A DNA stretch of 64,000 bases from Xylographa opegraphella (Eukaryota). Made by a program: the position numbers and the translations under genes. How positions within the stretch are numbered: the stretch's first letter is position 1; every line of letters begins with the position of its first letter. The stretch is taken from positions 1 through 64,000 of the forward strand of contig JALDZX010000012.1 in the NCBI GenBank assembly GCA_022813865.1, in the 5' to 3' direction. Positions 37,541 through 50,771 of the stretch are shown here, one piece after another. The notes below the pieces were generated by a model that saw only the letters and a program-made list of their open reading frames with translations, was not told where the DNA came from and searched no databases.

Positions 37541-40500
37541 ATGGCAGAACAGAACCCAGAGCTTCGCGTTAGACTACAGGAGCTGGACCAGGAGCTGGAG
37601 GATGGCGAAATAACAGCAAAAGGATATCAAAAGCGTAGAACGTTGATCCTCTCTCAGTTCCTCAGTCCATCTCAGGTTGAGCAGGTTCAGCGAGAATTGC
37701 GTGTACACGATGCCAATGTTACCACACATCCCTCGAACGACGCTTCGCCTGCGAGTTCTTTTACGGCTGGATCGCAAAGTGGCATATATGGAGCTCAGCA
37801 AGCGACTCGGTCTATGTCGCCTCCACAGGCTGGAATACAATACAATTCGGCAATAAACCGACCAAGTATAGTCGCCGATGGTCAAAATAGTCACAGTGAT
37901 AGGGCCGGGTCGGTCGGGCCTGGTCAGGTCAATAATTATCAGGAGAGGCTACTTGGAATCAGGAATCCTGACCCGCCACAATCTCAATATGGTCAAGAAC
38001 TGCAACACTCGAATCAGTTTGAGGGCTCTACAAGGTATTCTTCAAGTGTCGATAACTCTAGAAATCCAACAATGATGAGCTCCAATTATGCGTTCAATCC
38101 TGCAAATGAAGTAGGCTACGATGATCCGCAAGGCAACGGCTATCCATCCCCCAACGATGAGACAACAAGGCATTCTACTATGGTGGATCAAGGCTATTTC
38201 ACAGATTTTGCAGGGCAACAACAAGGGGACTCGAGAGACAGTTATGGCGGTGGGCCGCATCGATATTCTCATGGCGACACCTTCTCACCTACTGCAGCCA
38301 TGGCCCCGCCAATGCTTAATGCAAGTGATATGCCACCTCCCACCCTTGTGAATCATCAGCTTCCGTTAGAGCCAAGGGATGTTCCTTTTGCGGTTTATGA
38401 TCCTCACAACAGCAATATTCCGATGTCCAAATTTGATAACATAGCATCAGTCTTACGCCACCGAGCACGAACAAACCCGAAGACCCCTGCCTACTGGGTA
38501 CTAGATCAGAAGGGAAAGGAGTTTTCGTCGATCACTTGGGATAAATTTGCTAGCAGGGCGGAAAAGGTTGCACAAGTCATACGAGACAAAAGCAACCTCT
38601 ACAGAGGTGATCGTGTTGCGTTGATTTACCGTGATACAGAAGTCATTGACTTCGCGGTTGCCTTGATGGGTTGTTTCATAGCTGGAGTTGTAGGCGTGCC
38701 GATCAACAAACAACCCGGAGAAGATCAACGATTAGATTATCAACGGCTCAATTTGGTTTTGACAACGACTCAAGCTCATTTGGCTTTGACGACAGACGCA
38801 AATCTGAAGGAATTCCAAAGAGACATAACGCAAAACAAACTGACTTGGCCACGAGGGGTGGAATGGTGGAAGACGAACGAATTTGGAAGTTTCCACCCTA
38901 AGAAAAAGGACGAAATACCCCCGCTGGTTGTGCCAGACCTGGCCTATATAGAGTTCTCAAAAGCTCCCACAGGCGATCTTCGAGGAGTAGTAATGAGCCA
39001 TCGCACGATCATGCACCAAATGGCATGTTTCAGTGCCATTGTTGCCACGGTCCCGACTAGTGATCACGATACATTTGCATCAGGCCTTCGAGATAAGAAT
39101 GGCCGCCTACTTGCAGGCGGGGGTGCCGGCGAAATCCTTCTCAGCTATCTGGACCCGCGGCAGGGCATTGGTATGATCTTAGGCGTCCTGCTTACGGTCT
39201 ATGGTGGACACACTACTGTCTGGATAGAAAATCGCGCAGTCGAAACACCTGGACTCTATGCAAACCTCATCACGAAATACAAAGCAACACTGATGGCGGC
39301 GGACTATCCTGGTCTGAAGCGTGCAGCCTACAACTATCAGTCTGATCCTATGACGACGCGTAACTTCAAGAAGAACTTTGAGCCCAATTTTGCAAGCGTA
39401 AAATTATGCTTGATTGACACATTAACAGTTGACTGTGAATTCCATGAAATTCTTGCAGATCGATGGCTTCGACCAATGCGTAACCCTAGAGCACGTGAGA
39501 TAGTTGCCCCAATGCTTTGTCTACCTGAGCATGGTGGTATGGTCATCAGTGTTCGGGACTGGCTTGGAGGCGAAGAGCGAATGGGCTGTTCGCTAAAGTT
39601 AGACATGGGAGAATCTGACGAAGAGCTGGAGATCAAGAAAAATGAAAAGCCTGTTACGGTGCAGAATGGCTATAGCAGCCTTATCGGGAGCGGTACAACG
39701 CAGAAGTTCACGGATAAGAAGGGCAGAACTGAACTTAGTGAGGTGCTCTTGGACAAAGAATCCTTGAAAACGAATGAGGTGCATGTAATTGCCATTGGTG
39801 AAGAAGCGAGGAAAAGGGCCGCAACTGACCTCGACACTGTGAGAATTGGTGCCTTTGGATACCCGATTCCTGATGCCACATTGGCAGTCGTGGATCCTGA
39901 GACAAGCCTATTATGTACACCACACGTAATCGGAGAAATATGGGTGGATTCACCTTCGCTCTCTGGAGGATTCTGGGCATTGCCGAAACATACTGAATCT
40001 ATCTTCCATGCCCGGCCATACAAGTTCTCGGAAGGCGACCCGACACCTATGGCAATTGAGCCAGAATTCTTACGCACTGGTCTACTTGGAACAACTATAG
40101 AAGGTAAGGTATTCGTGCTTGGACTCTACGAAGATCGCCTGCGACAGAAAGTTGAATGGGTAGAGCACGGAATGGAAGTAGCAGAGTATCGCTATTTTTT
40201 TGTACAACATCTCATTATCAGTATAATGAAGAACGTGCCCAAGATGCATGACGCCTCAGCATTCGACGTTTTCGTAAACGATGAGCATTTGCCAATCATC
40301 CTTCTTGAATCCAATGCAGCATCCACAGAACCTACTACGAGCGGAGGCCCTCCCCGACAACTTGATACAGCGCTGCTCGACTCCTTGTCCGAAAGATGTA
40401 TGGAAATTCTTTACCAAGAGCATCATTTGCGGGTCTACTGTGTTATGATAACTGCCCCTGGAACGTTGCCGCGTACGGTCAAGAACGGCAGACGAGAAAT

Positions 40501-43454
40501 TGGCAACATGCTGTGCCGAAAAGAATTTGATCTTGGAACTTTACCATGTGTACATGTAAAGTTTGGCGTCGAAAGAGCTGTAATGAATCTTCCTGTCGGA
40601 GTTGATCCTGTCGGTGGAATTTGGTCGGCAATTTCAACGGCAGCACGCCAAGATATCCTGGTCATGCAAGACAAACAATATTCTGGGTTTGATTATCACG
40701 AGGTAGTCATTGACGATCGGACTTCGACTCCTCTCAACAACTTTTCAAGTATCGTTGATCTTTTGCAATGGCGTGTGGCACGTCAAGCTGAAGAGCTGTC
40801 ATATTGTACAATTGACGGAAGAGGCAGAGAAGGCAAGGGCGTGACTTGGAAAAAGTTCGATATGAAGGTTGCTGCAGTGGCTCTTTTCCTCCAAAATAAG
40901 GCTAAAATTAGGGCTGGTGATCATGTAATACTAATGTACACACACTCGGAGGAATTTGTTTATGCAGTTCATGCATGCTTTTGCATAGGGGCAGTAGCTG
41001 TACCGATGGCACCTCTCGACCAGAATCGTCTCAACGAGGACGCGCCGGCATTTCTTCACCTTGTTGCAGATTTCAGAGTCAAAGCAGTAATAGTGAATGC
41101 TGATGTCGATCACCTGCTCAAACAGAAGCTCGTTTCTCAGCATCTTAAGCAATCAGCGCAAGTGCTAAGAGTTCACCTTCCTCCTACATGGAATACTGCG
41201 AAATCGTCGAAGCAATCGACTGGATGTCGAGATCTCGGCCTAACTATGAAGCCCGCGTGGGTGCAGCCTGGATTTCCCGCACTTATATGGACTTATTGGA
41301 CGCCTGACCAGCGAAGGATAGCTGTCCAACTTGGGCATGATACTATTATGGGCACATGTAAAGTCCAGAAAGAGACCTGTCAGATGACAAGCTCTCGACC
41401 AGTACTCGGTTGTGTCCGCAGTACGACCGGACTGGGCTTTATACACACTTGTTTGATGGGTATATTCGTGGGCAAGTGACACAGCTCCACATCTTTTCAA
41501 GTTTGTTAATCGAGATATAGGTGCTCCAACTTACCTTGTGTCACCTGTCGACTTTGCTTCAAACCCGCAGTCGCTTTTCCTTACGCTCTCGAGGTACAAA
41601 ATCAAAGATACCTACGCCACTAGTCAGATGCTGGATCATGCTATGAATACCATGCCCGGGAAAGGATTCACTCTTCACGAGCTGAAGAACATGATGATAT
41701 CGACAGAGGGTAGGCCTAGGGTCGATGTTTGTGAGTACAATTATCTTCTCGCGATTGATCATATCTAAGAGTTTACTTAGTTCAAAAAGTCCGATTGCAT
41801 TTCGCAGGAGCCGGTCTTGATCGCACGGCGATCAACACTATATATTCTCACGTCCTAAATCCTATGATAGCCTCTCGATCCTATATGAGTGTCGAACCGA
41901 TTGAGTTATGGCTTGACACTCGAGCACTTCGCCGTGGACTAGTCTACCCAGTAGATCCCGATGCAGACCCATCTGCTTTACTTGTTCAAGACTCTGGTAT
42001 GGTGCCAGTCAGTACGCAGATAGCGATAGTCAATCCTGAGACTTGCTTGCTATGCCATATCGGGGAGTATGGCGAAATTTGGGTGCAATCCGAAGCATGC
42101 GTGAGAGCGTTTTATGGAAGCAAAGATGCATTCGATGCGGAACGGTTTAATGGGCGGACTGTTGACGGCGATCCTCATGTGACATATGTGAGGACTGGTG
42201 ACCTAGGTTTCTTGCATAACGTTACCCGGCCAATCGGACCGAACGGACAGCAAGTAGAGATGCAGGTTCTGTTCGTCCTTGGAGGTATTGGGGAAACGTT
42301 CGAAGTGAACGGGTTGAGTCATTTCCCAATGGACATTGAGTACTCGGTGGAGAAGTGCCATCGTAACATCGTACCAGCAGGATGGTAAGTGCAAGACTAT
42401 CTACACCTATACATGGAGCTGATTGTGACTCAGTGCCGTCTTCCAAGCTGGTGGGCTGGTGGTTGTTCTCGTCGAAGTCATCCGTAAAGCATATCTCGCA
42501 TCGATCGTCCCTGTCATCGTGAATGCTATATTAAATGAACACCAGGTTGTTGTTGACATAATCGCATTTGTCTCCAAAGGCGACTTTCCGCGCTCTCGAC
42601 TTGGCGAAAAGCAACGCGGTAAGATTCTTGCTGGCTGGGTGACTCGTAAAATGCGAACAATAGCTCAGTTCAGTATCCGAGATGCCGATGGCGCGGATAG
42701 CCAAATCACAGAAAAGCCAGAGGAACGTATACGTGGCCCGTCTAGTCTCCGCCATGGCAGTACCATGGGTGGCGGTAGTATCTCCGGTGCCAATATGATA
42801 CCCGAAATCTCGCCGATGGGGACTGATCAAGGCTTTTCTTCGATATCCAAAAGAATGTCAGAAGCTCCAGCTCCCGATGGCTACGAAAACTCAATCATGG
42901 AATCACCACCTCTTGTATCTAACAAGGTCCCATTCGACGTAGGCAATCCTGTCAATACTCATAATATTACTTACGTCGTTCCGCCGAACAACCAAGATAC
43001 TTCGCCATCGGTCTATTCGCCCTATGAAGCAAAAACTGAAGACTATAACCAGAATTTCGACCCGGATGAGACGCCTCACGCTGAACGCTCGGGTTTTGAT
43101 TACGATATCAATCCACCAACCCCTCGATTTGATTCCAATCCAACCCTTTCATTATATCCCGACTCAGGACCAATCCCTTCTGAGTTGGAAGGCAAGTCGT
43201 GGAGTAGAACAGACGACAATCCCTCGAGATCTACTGAGGGAATACGACAACGGGAATATAGTTGGGAACCAGGGGCAGATGGTAGCAGCAGAAAGGGGGG
43301 CTTAAGAGTTGCCAATATGGGCGACAACGATGATGTGGAATGGCCACAGGAAGCACTGGCGCATATAAGATTAGCGAGCGCAAGCAAAGGAAGCCGAGGT
43401 AATCAGCAGCAAGAGAGGTACGATGGGAGTGGATATGGAGAAGATACACCTTGA
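37541..43454 (+). CDS. CPS1: CPS1/DIP2-like protein (DMAP1-binding domain plus two adenylation-like domains), 4 exons
   Basis: N-terminal ELEDGEITAKGYQKRR; AYIEFSKAPTGDLRGVVMSH, FLRTGLLG, YVRTGDLGFL, PRSRLGEKQRGK. Introns 41472-41520 (GC-AG), about 41731-41780 and about 42385-42433. Confidence 0.93.
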
Positions 43455-43735
43455 AAGATACAACAAGTAGGATACTCGACTACGCAGCATATTTGGGATG
43501 AGGGTCATGTATGATAACGACCCGTCATGTGCTGGCTTGGAGAATACCAAGATAATTTCAATCTCGTGAGAGTATAGAAACCTACAAATGTTCAAAATAC
43601 AAAGTCAAAGCGCAAACCAATCCTTACTGAGCCAAAACCTTGAATCTGCCATAAAACCTCGTCCGATCCCTCCACATCTGACAATACCCTACCCCGGCAG
43701 AACCATTCCCCGACAATACCTGCTTCACACCACCA

Positions 43736-44949
43736 ATGCCCTTGCACACCATCTACATAACCCGGCATGGCGTCTGCCTCTCCCTGCCTGCCGGTATCCT
43801 CTAGCTAACAATGACCTATAGTACCGATCGAACTGGACGACGGACCACCTCACAGGGCACATCTCTTCTATCGTCCCCTCGCCTACCAACATCCCCTCCG
43901 ATCCTGCGCTGAGCGCCTATGGCGTGCAGCAAGCCGCCCAGCTTGCCTCCCAAGCCCCGCTACTGACCCCGCCCATTCTCCGTATCTACTCAAGCCCTTT
44001 CTATCGTTGCCTGCAGACCATCACGCCCTTCGCAGAGTGTCTAGGACAAAGGGTACCGGTGATATGTGATCGAGGACTGGGGTACGTCTTCCCACTACTT
44101 GCCCTCCACCAAAATACTCCCTTCCGTTCTCGGCGAAGCAATATAAGCTACGACCGCTCACATTGAAACCCTAGCGAATGGTACGGCACCGCACGCTTCA
44201 CGCACCCCTCCCCTGCTCCGCTTTCCCTACTCCTCACCTTCTTTCCCGGCCTCACGGAGCGTACCACTGTCATCCCCTCCCCGAACGGCGAATCTATCGA
44301 TGCCTTGCATGATCGCTGTGCGGCGGCGCTTGCGGCTGTTATAGCAGACTGTGACGCCGAGGCCCAGGGCGACTGCTCGATTGTCATCTGCACGCACGCC
44401 GCAACCATGATCGCAATGGGCCGCGTACTGACGGGCGTGATGCCTGAGGATGTGGCTGAGAGGGATTTCCACGCGTATACGTGCTCGGTGTCTAAGTTTG
44501 AGCGGACCGGGACGGAACAGGAAGAGGGAGCGAGCGGGTGGAGAGGCAGGGGTGTGGGGGGAGGGTGGAGGTGTGTAGTGGATGCCGGGATAGGGCATTT
44601 GAGTGGAGGTGGGGAGAGGGATTGGTGAGTTTCCCCTTTTTTGTGTTCATGGATGAACTTTGTTGGGCATGAACCGTGTGTGCAGCGACTTATACTTTGT
44701 ACGCTCGGAGTTGCTTTGGCTACGGGTATGGTCTGCGGTGCTTATTCTGTGTGTTGTGTAGGGGCTTTGGGGATGCGGAGACCTGATGTTGACGTGATGC
44801 CTTGTGGTAGGCATTTCTCGGGCGACGAGTCTTTCATCGAGGATGTAGAGAAGGAGGACATGGATCGAGAAGTGACTCTGGGAGAAAATGGCTTTTCTTA
44901 TTATGGGGACGGAGCAGAAACTAAGAAGGGGAGCGATTCGAAATTATGA
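43736..44949 (+). CDS. Histidine phosphatase / phosphoglycerate mutase-like protein (Tfc7/tau55-like) with C-terminal SKL, 4 exons
   Basis: MPLHTIYITRHG|YRSNW (intron 43772-43821), DPALSAYG, YSSPFYRCLQT, GLG|EWYG, ICTHAA, GERDW|HFSGDESF..KKGSDSKL*. Confidence 0.85.
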
Positions 44950-45107
44950 ATAGATATAGAGGCAGAGTCATTACTTGAAGAACCGATGTTTTATCCCCGA
45001 ACTGCTTTTCTGTGGAGTTAATAAAACGCAATAACGAAAGGGTATCATTTCCATCACAGCCAGAAAATCTAACGCCAGACCTTTATCCGTCAAGCACCCT
45101 GTACACC

Positions 45108-46860
45108 TCAACTGGCAACAACAAGATGTCTCCGATAATCAAAAGTATCGTCCACTTCATTATCTGCGGATTCGAGCCCCATCCCAAACTGCTCATGCGA
45201 TAATTTGATGGGCGAAAGATCCATGGAATTCCCTTCGTCAAACATATCCTCTGGCCCTAGACCTTCGACCACTGTAGAGAAACTCATATCCACCGTCGTT
45301 TCACGTTCGCCAGCATCGGGGATATGTGTCAGTGCGTAGTTAAGAGTGTTTGCTAGCATAAAAGATGGGCTTTCCGGATTGGCGCCCGGACTATAGATCC
45401 AGCTTGCTTCTGTTCTCCCTCCAGGCCTCGTGAGAGGTACAGGGATTATACGTGGAATGTCGATGGACGACTGCCACAGATGAATTACCGGATCCTCTGT
45501 AGCACAATGGATTAAAAGGCATGCCGGGTCTTCGGGATGCCAGTGAAGCCTTTTGACAAAGGAATGGTGAATTAGTATCGAGTGTGGTGTGAGCGATTCT
45601 AGGCACCAGATCCAGACAGTCGACGGGGTTGATTCGCCGACTGAGGCGAGAAGAGAGCCTGATTTGTTAAAGGCGAGATGACTTATGCTGGTACTAATGA
45701 GCTTGTCGTCTGAAGCAGGGTTCTGCCTTGGCGGACATGCTGGCTGCGGAGCTGCAACATAGGCTCGAGTTCGAGAAGCATCGATTTGCTCTTGCCAGAC
45801 AGCAGCATCGAGGCTACTGATAGTTTCAGGATGAGATACAATAGCGATGCAGTTAAACTGGTAATTCTTAATAATAGTAAAACGAGAATGGTTACCAAAG
45901 ACTTACACTTGGCGCGGCTAGAAGATGAATCTGATTATCGTGATCTTTCGCAGCGAGGAATTTTCCACTGGAGTCCCACTTTACTGTTCGGGTCCCCAGC
46001 ATTGGTGTATCGGGACCATGACCTCCCAAGTAATTTTTAAAGAGGCAACCATCTGCTGTATATACGAGAATGTGAAAGCCAGCACTCGCTGCCTCCCAGG
46101 CGATTAGCCAATTTCCATCCGGACTCCACTCAAGTCCTTGTGCATCGATCGTGGTAAGCGGAAAGGAGTTCTCGAGTCTCCGAGTGACCGGCGACAGCAC
46201 CATTGACACATCCCTGACGTTCTCTCTCACAAGGATTGCCAGATGTCCAGAATTTGGTCTAAATGAGTGTCCGTGGGAGGGACCCTTCGGATCTCTGACT
46301 TCTACTCCACGATTTATGAGAAGTGACCATATTGTCACTTTTAGGCCGAAGTCGGAAAACACTATAACCTCATCTTTTGTGAAGCCGAATTCCACATTTG
46401 CTATTTTGCCAGTATGACCTGAGCCTCCGGTCACCGTAGCTTGCCACTTGGGATCCGAAAGGTCAAATATATGAACGGTCTCATCATCTGCCAGCAGTAT
46501 GCGTGAAGTCATGGATTGCTTTTCCCCTGTAGGCCCATTTCTATCAAGGTGCGGCGGCTTGAACCATTTTATCCTCTTGCATCGTGCTGCAAATGCGCCT
46601 TCAAGTTGTATTGAGCGTAAGATAGTCCCATCAATGGATGAGCGGAGGAGCAGACGCGAGTTGTGGATAGCTGCGACTACAGGCGCGTTAGGACAGGCCG
46701 CTGCATAATGTGTTGCTGGCTACTTTGTCAGCAATTTGCATTGCTGTCTCGGTAAGAAGAAATACTTGGAAAGCATTTTGATTTCATCATTCTGTAGTGA
46801 CAGCTTACTGCAGTGTTTTGGTTGATGTGTAGAACACGAAAGTAAATACTGCGACGTCAT
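45108..46860 (-). CDS. WD40 protein of the WRAP73/WDR8 family (first exon uncertain)
   Basis: FSDFGLKVTIWSL, TIDAQGLEWSPDGNWLIAWE, LVYTADG, PSTVWIW, ILIHHSFVKRLHWHP. An intron beginning GTAAGT near 45906 links to ORF 45108-45359. Confidence 0.8.
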
Positions 46861-48331
46861 AAACGACTTCCACTAGGTAGTCGACTAGCTGCCCTACTTA
46901 TACGCTTTAGATAAGTTCGGCTAGTATCTAGTGCCAGCGCTATTAGTTTTTGGTAGTTCCTGAATAATATACCTACCTTACACTGCAAGTATTTCGTTTG
47001 TTCAAAGCTATGAGTAAGAAGCAAGGGTAGTCATCTTGCGGTAAAAGCCTGTGTTGATATTCTGCGATCAGTTGAGCGAAAATGCGACAGGTGAGTGTAG
47101 GTGAGTGGCCGCCTCAGTGTAGACCAAACAGTAGTAGTGTTCTCAAATGATCAAATTCGACGAAAGATGGCACAAATATGGCAAGTGTGCTTGATAATAG
47201 TATGTGCAGTCCCGGTAGAGTCAAGGGCTCAGGACTTTGGTATGTTCCACTGAAAGATTCTACAGTATGCCCATGCGGGCACCATGACAACAAACTCTCA
47301 GGATTCGAAAGACCGACATCACTGCCTTGGTTTCTTTGTATCTTCGAAACCCGCCAATCTCATCGATATTATATGCTGGTATTGGATTCGGGGGTCACGC
47401 TGCGGCCAAGCATGCTTTGAAACATGCAGTAACGGTAGCATAACTTTGAAGGCTGTCACGTCGCCGAGAAGTCCTCCTCTGATCTCGGGCACTTCTCTAA
47501 TGCCATGATCTCTTGTCTTTCCCGTCTCTGTTTCTAGCGCTAAGGTTAGGGCTACATTGCTGCTAACCTCTGTTTCTCTGATTTTCTCTCTTTCGCTCAG
47601 TGGAGCCTTAACCATGTTCCTTTTTTGGTCTCATTGACATGATTTCTGTTGACAGAGAGACGGATATCTTTATAATCAGTACAATTGTTGTTCGACTCAC
47701 AATTATCATTCCTGGTTAGTGGAGCTAGGAATCGGCTCTCGCCTGTCTAGGTCCTCGACAACAATGTCCTTGGCTATATGCCCTTGTGGACTTACGACGT
47801 CGCTTTTCGCCGCAAATCAGCCCAATTTTAGCGCCACTGGTGACACTGGCCTGGACCAATATAGGTGGCTCATCATGTGCAACGGCAATTCAATTCTGAT
47901 GACTGGTAGCGGATGGCTCGCTCACCTTGATTTTCGAACGACGGCTCAGATGTCTACGGACAGTTACTTGTGGCTAGATTGTATGCTCATTCTGCCACAC
48001 TCCATGTTATGTATAAACACCCCAATGCAGAATATGCCGAGCGTTATCCTTGGTCCGTTAGCTTGCGCTCTTGTGGCCTAAAGTTGATTTTATTTTGTAT
48101 CTGTCGTAAGTGATTAGTTGGCTTGGGTCACGAAGTCCAAGAAACTATCGCTGTTTTTCAAATGGAGGATAGCATATTTGACCGACGTCTGATACAGAAC
48201 CATTCCCACAAACATCATCGAAACACGCTCCATCAATTACCGTGATCAAATCATATTGCGCTAGCTGTTTCGGATTCGATAGTGATCAGATTGTGCAAGC
48301 GCCCGCACAGTTGAACCACAGAACTGTGCTA

Positions 48332-50305
48332 TCACTCAAATGCATCCTCATTTCCTCCAGCCCCATCAAAACCATCATCATAGCCTCCGCCGTCTAAAGA
48401 CTTATCCATATCTTCTTCAAACCCCTCAAACACCATAATCTTCTCCCCTTTCGCATCCGTTCCATCTGCCACCACATTGCCTTCTTGCACCTCACAATCC
48501 TTGAGCACTGATTCCCTACCTACCTGAACTCTCCTGCCCAGTATACATCCCGTGAGCTGGCATCTCTCACCGACCACCACCCCATCCATAAGCAGACACC
48601 TCGTCAGCCGTGCGCCACTCTTTATGTGGCAATTAGCCCCGATGACAGACTCCTTGATCACTGATTTCTCTTCTACAGTTACGTTCTCTGCGAGCAGACA
48701 GTCTGCTTTGGTGAATGTGCTACGTTGCGCGATACCGCCCGGGTAGGCGATCTTGTGGGCGTGCGCAAACGGTGAGGAACCAGAGCGGCCGACTGCATCC
48801 ACAGAATCGAGCTTGGCAAGGCGCAACGAGACGCTGAGGAGCGTGGCGACCGTGTCGACGCGACGGATGAGGGGTGCTGCGGGGGTGGCGGGTTGTATGT
48901 AGGCGAGTATGGGTGGGACGATGAGCTTTTGGCCCTCTATGGGAGCGTGTACTGATGGTGGCACTGGTGTAGAGACACGGGACGCGAAAGTGGATCGTTG
49001 CTCCTTTTTTCGTTTCGGTTTTAGGTCGCTCGTGCATGTAGTACTTAGACTGCTGAGGTCCATCTCCTCCTCCAGGAGACCACTATAGTGGCTAGCGGGC
49101 TCCCTATCTCTATCTTCTACGTCTTCCAAGACCTGTTTGAGGCCAAGCTTATCGGCGAGCCCATCCTGCCAGCCAGCCTTCGCCCACCAGCCGACAAGTT
49201 CCTCGCTTATGCTGTCTATGGTATCGTTCTTCATGATCATGTCTAAAATCCAGTGTGGGAATAGATAAATATGCGCCTCTCGGTAGGTAGTAAGCATTCT
49301 GATTCGGCCGTGTTTTCGAATAAGGCCGTGCCGAATGGGGAAAGTTTTCTTTTCTTCCGTAATATCAGCTAAGGAATCGGCAGTGGTCGAGTATACAAGT
49401 CGTGAGATACTAGATCTTAGTGAACCTTCTGGAGGCATTACCGCAGGGGGCTCAAGAGGTGTGGTGATCACAAAATCTGTTTCCTCGCCCTTGACGCTGT
49501 TTTCGCTGTTCGTCTCAAACCACACTCCCAGGCCTCCTCTCCGGCCGCCTTTTTCTCCGCCAATCCCCATCTTCGGGCCTCTGTAATCGTGAGACCCCAA
49601 CGAAGCTCCGCCCAAGCCTCCTTGCAGAATCATCCATGCTTCCAGTAGTGACTCCCCAGGTAGCTCGCATATAAGGTCGCAAGGTAGAACTAAGAAGTCG
49701 CCCTTGATCACTGCTTGGACTTCTGGAAGACGGAGCACCGCTGCTGTTCCACTTGTCTGAGTAAGTCCTTTCGGGGCGAGGATGTCTGCGGTTGGTGCTG
49801 GAAGAGAGGTCAAGTGTGGATTTTGGGATAAAGCTGCCTCAATTGCTTTGGCCGAGGACGGAGGTGTGATTAGGTGGATATCTTGAACGATATTAGTAGG
49901 AGTACATGCTTTATTCTGGATAGCTTTGTGTTTGAGAAAGGTCCATTTGGTTGTTTTTTCGATTCAGCTAATGGTATGGCATAAGATACGAACGCAGCAG
50001 AACAGATAGAACACCGGTACTCTTCTTAAGGTAGAGTTCATAAATGACGGCCCCAAGTCTGTAACAGCATAACTGATCATTGGATCCTTTCGATTACAAT
50101 CATAAATTATGAAATAAGACTTACTAGTTATACCCATACGATAGCACCAGTCAAGTGGGTACCATATCATTGGACGGTTAGCAACAGGAATTAGAGCCTT
50201 GGGGAATTCTTCAGCGTTTGAGGTAAATGTGTTTAGCGAAACTCCTGGTCCACATAATATTATGGCCTGAAAGCCTGGCGCAGGCATCTGAAGTGCGTGT
50301 GGCAT
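48332..50305 (-). CDS. GCD1: Translation initiation factor eIF2B gamma subunit, 2 exons
   Basis: FQAIILCGPG..PKALIPVANRPM..PLDWC, GTAAVLRL, DFLVLPCDL, and left-handed beta-helix repeats (IKESVIGANCHI..LTRCLLMDGVVVGERC). Confidence 0.93.
49964..50080 (-). ncRNA. Candidate intronic box C/D snoRNA in the GCD1 intron
   Basis: Lies in an intron of about 240 nt. C-like box ATGATCA, terminal CTGA, and internal CTACCTTAAGA(A)GAGT complementary to the conserved LSU rRNA segment ACUCUCUUAAGGUAG. Confidence 0.4.
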
Positions 50306-50771
50306 GCTTGTGGTTCCCTTACGTGATTTTTTAGGTACTAGATTCCGGTACAGTATGGTTCATGGGGCCAGATAAGTTATAGTAAGGAATTAAGACTTCC
50401 CAAAGTCTAATTACACAGTCTGGAGGCTTCTGATTTCCGGAGTTAAACGTTGCGTAATCCTTTATCCTCTTTCAAGAATAATGGTAAAGGAGTAGGTAAT
50501 ATATCAATCTAAATTCTTCCGGTTATAGGGCTAGCGCGTAATATTTTGGAAAAGGTATGGTGCTAGGGGATAATCACAGGGATTCTCAGCCTTATAATTC
50601 TGCCACCATTTTAGGTTATGGTCGAGCCCTCAACTTTCAGCCTCACGTCAACAGAGCGTGCATGGAGAGCATGGCCCGAGGAGCCAAACTTTCTACGGTC
50701 AATAGTTGATACTCCGATATAGTTGATACTCCAGTATACCCTGAACCGACAGCCTTGAGTCTTCTCTCCAG

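Noticed and set aside
44625..44810. snoRNA in the last intron of the Tfc7-like gene (TTTGGCTAC matches LSU rRNA; CTGA present)
   Set aside because: Only a 9-nt match, not adjacent to a D box, and no convincing C box.
46900..48300. Short ORFs and GTGAGT donor-like motifs between WDR8 and GCD1
   Set aside because: No coherent reading frame or recognisable RNA family could be supported.
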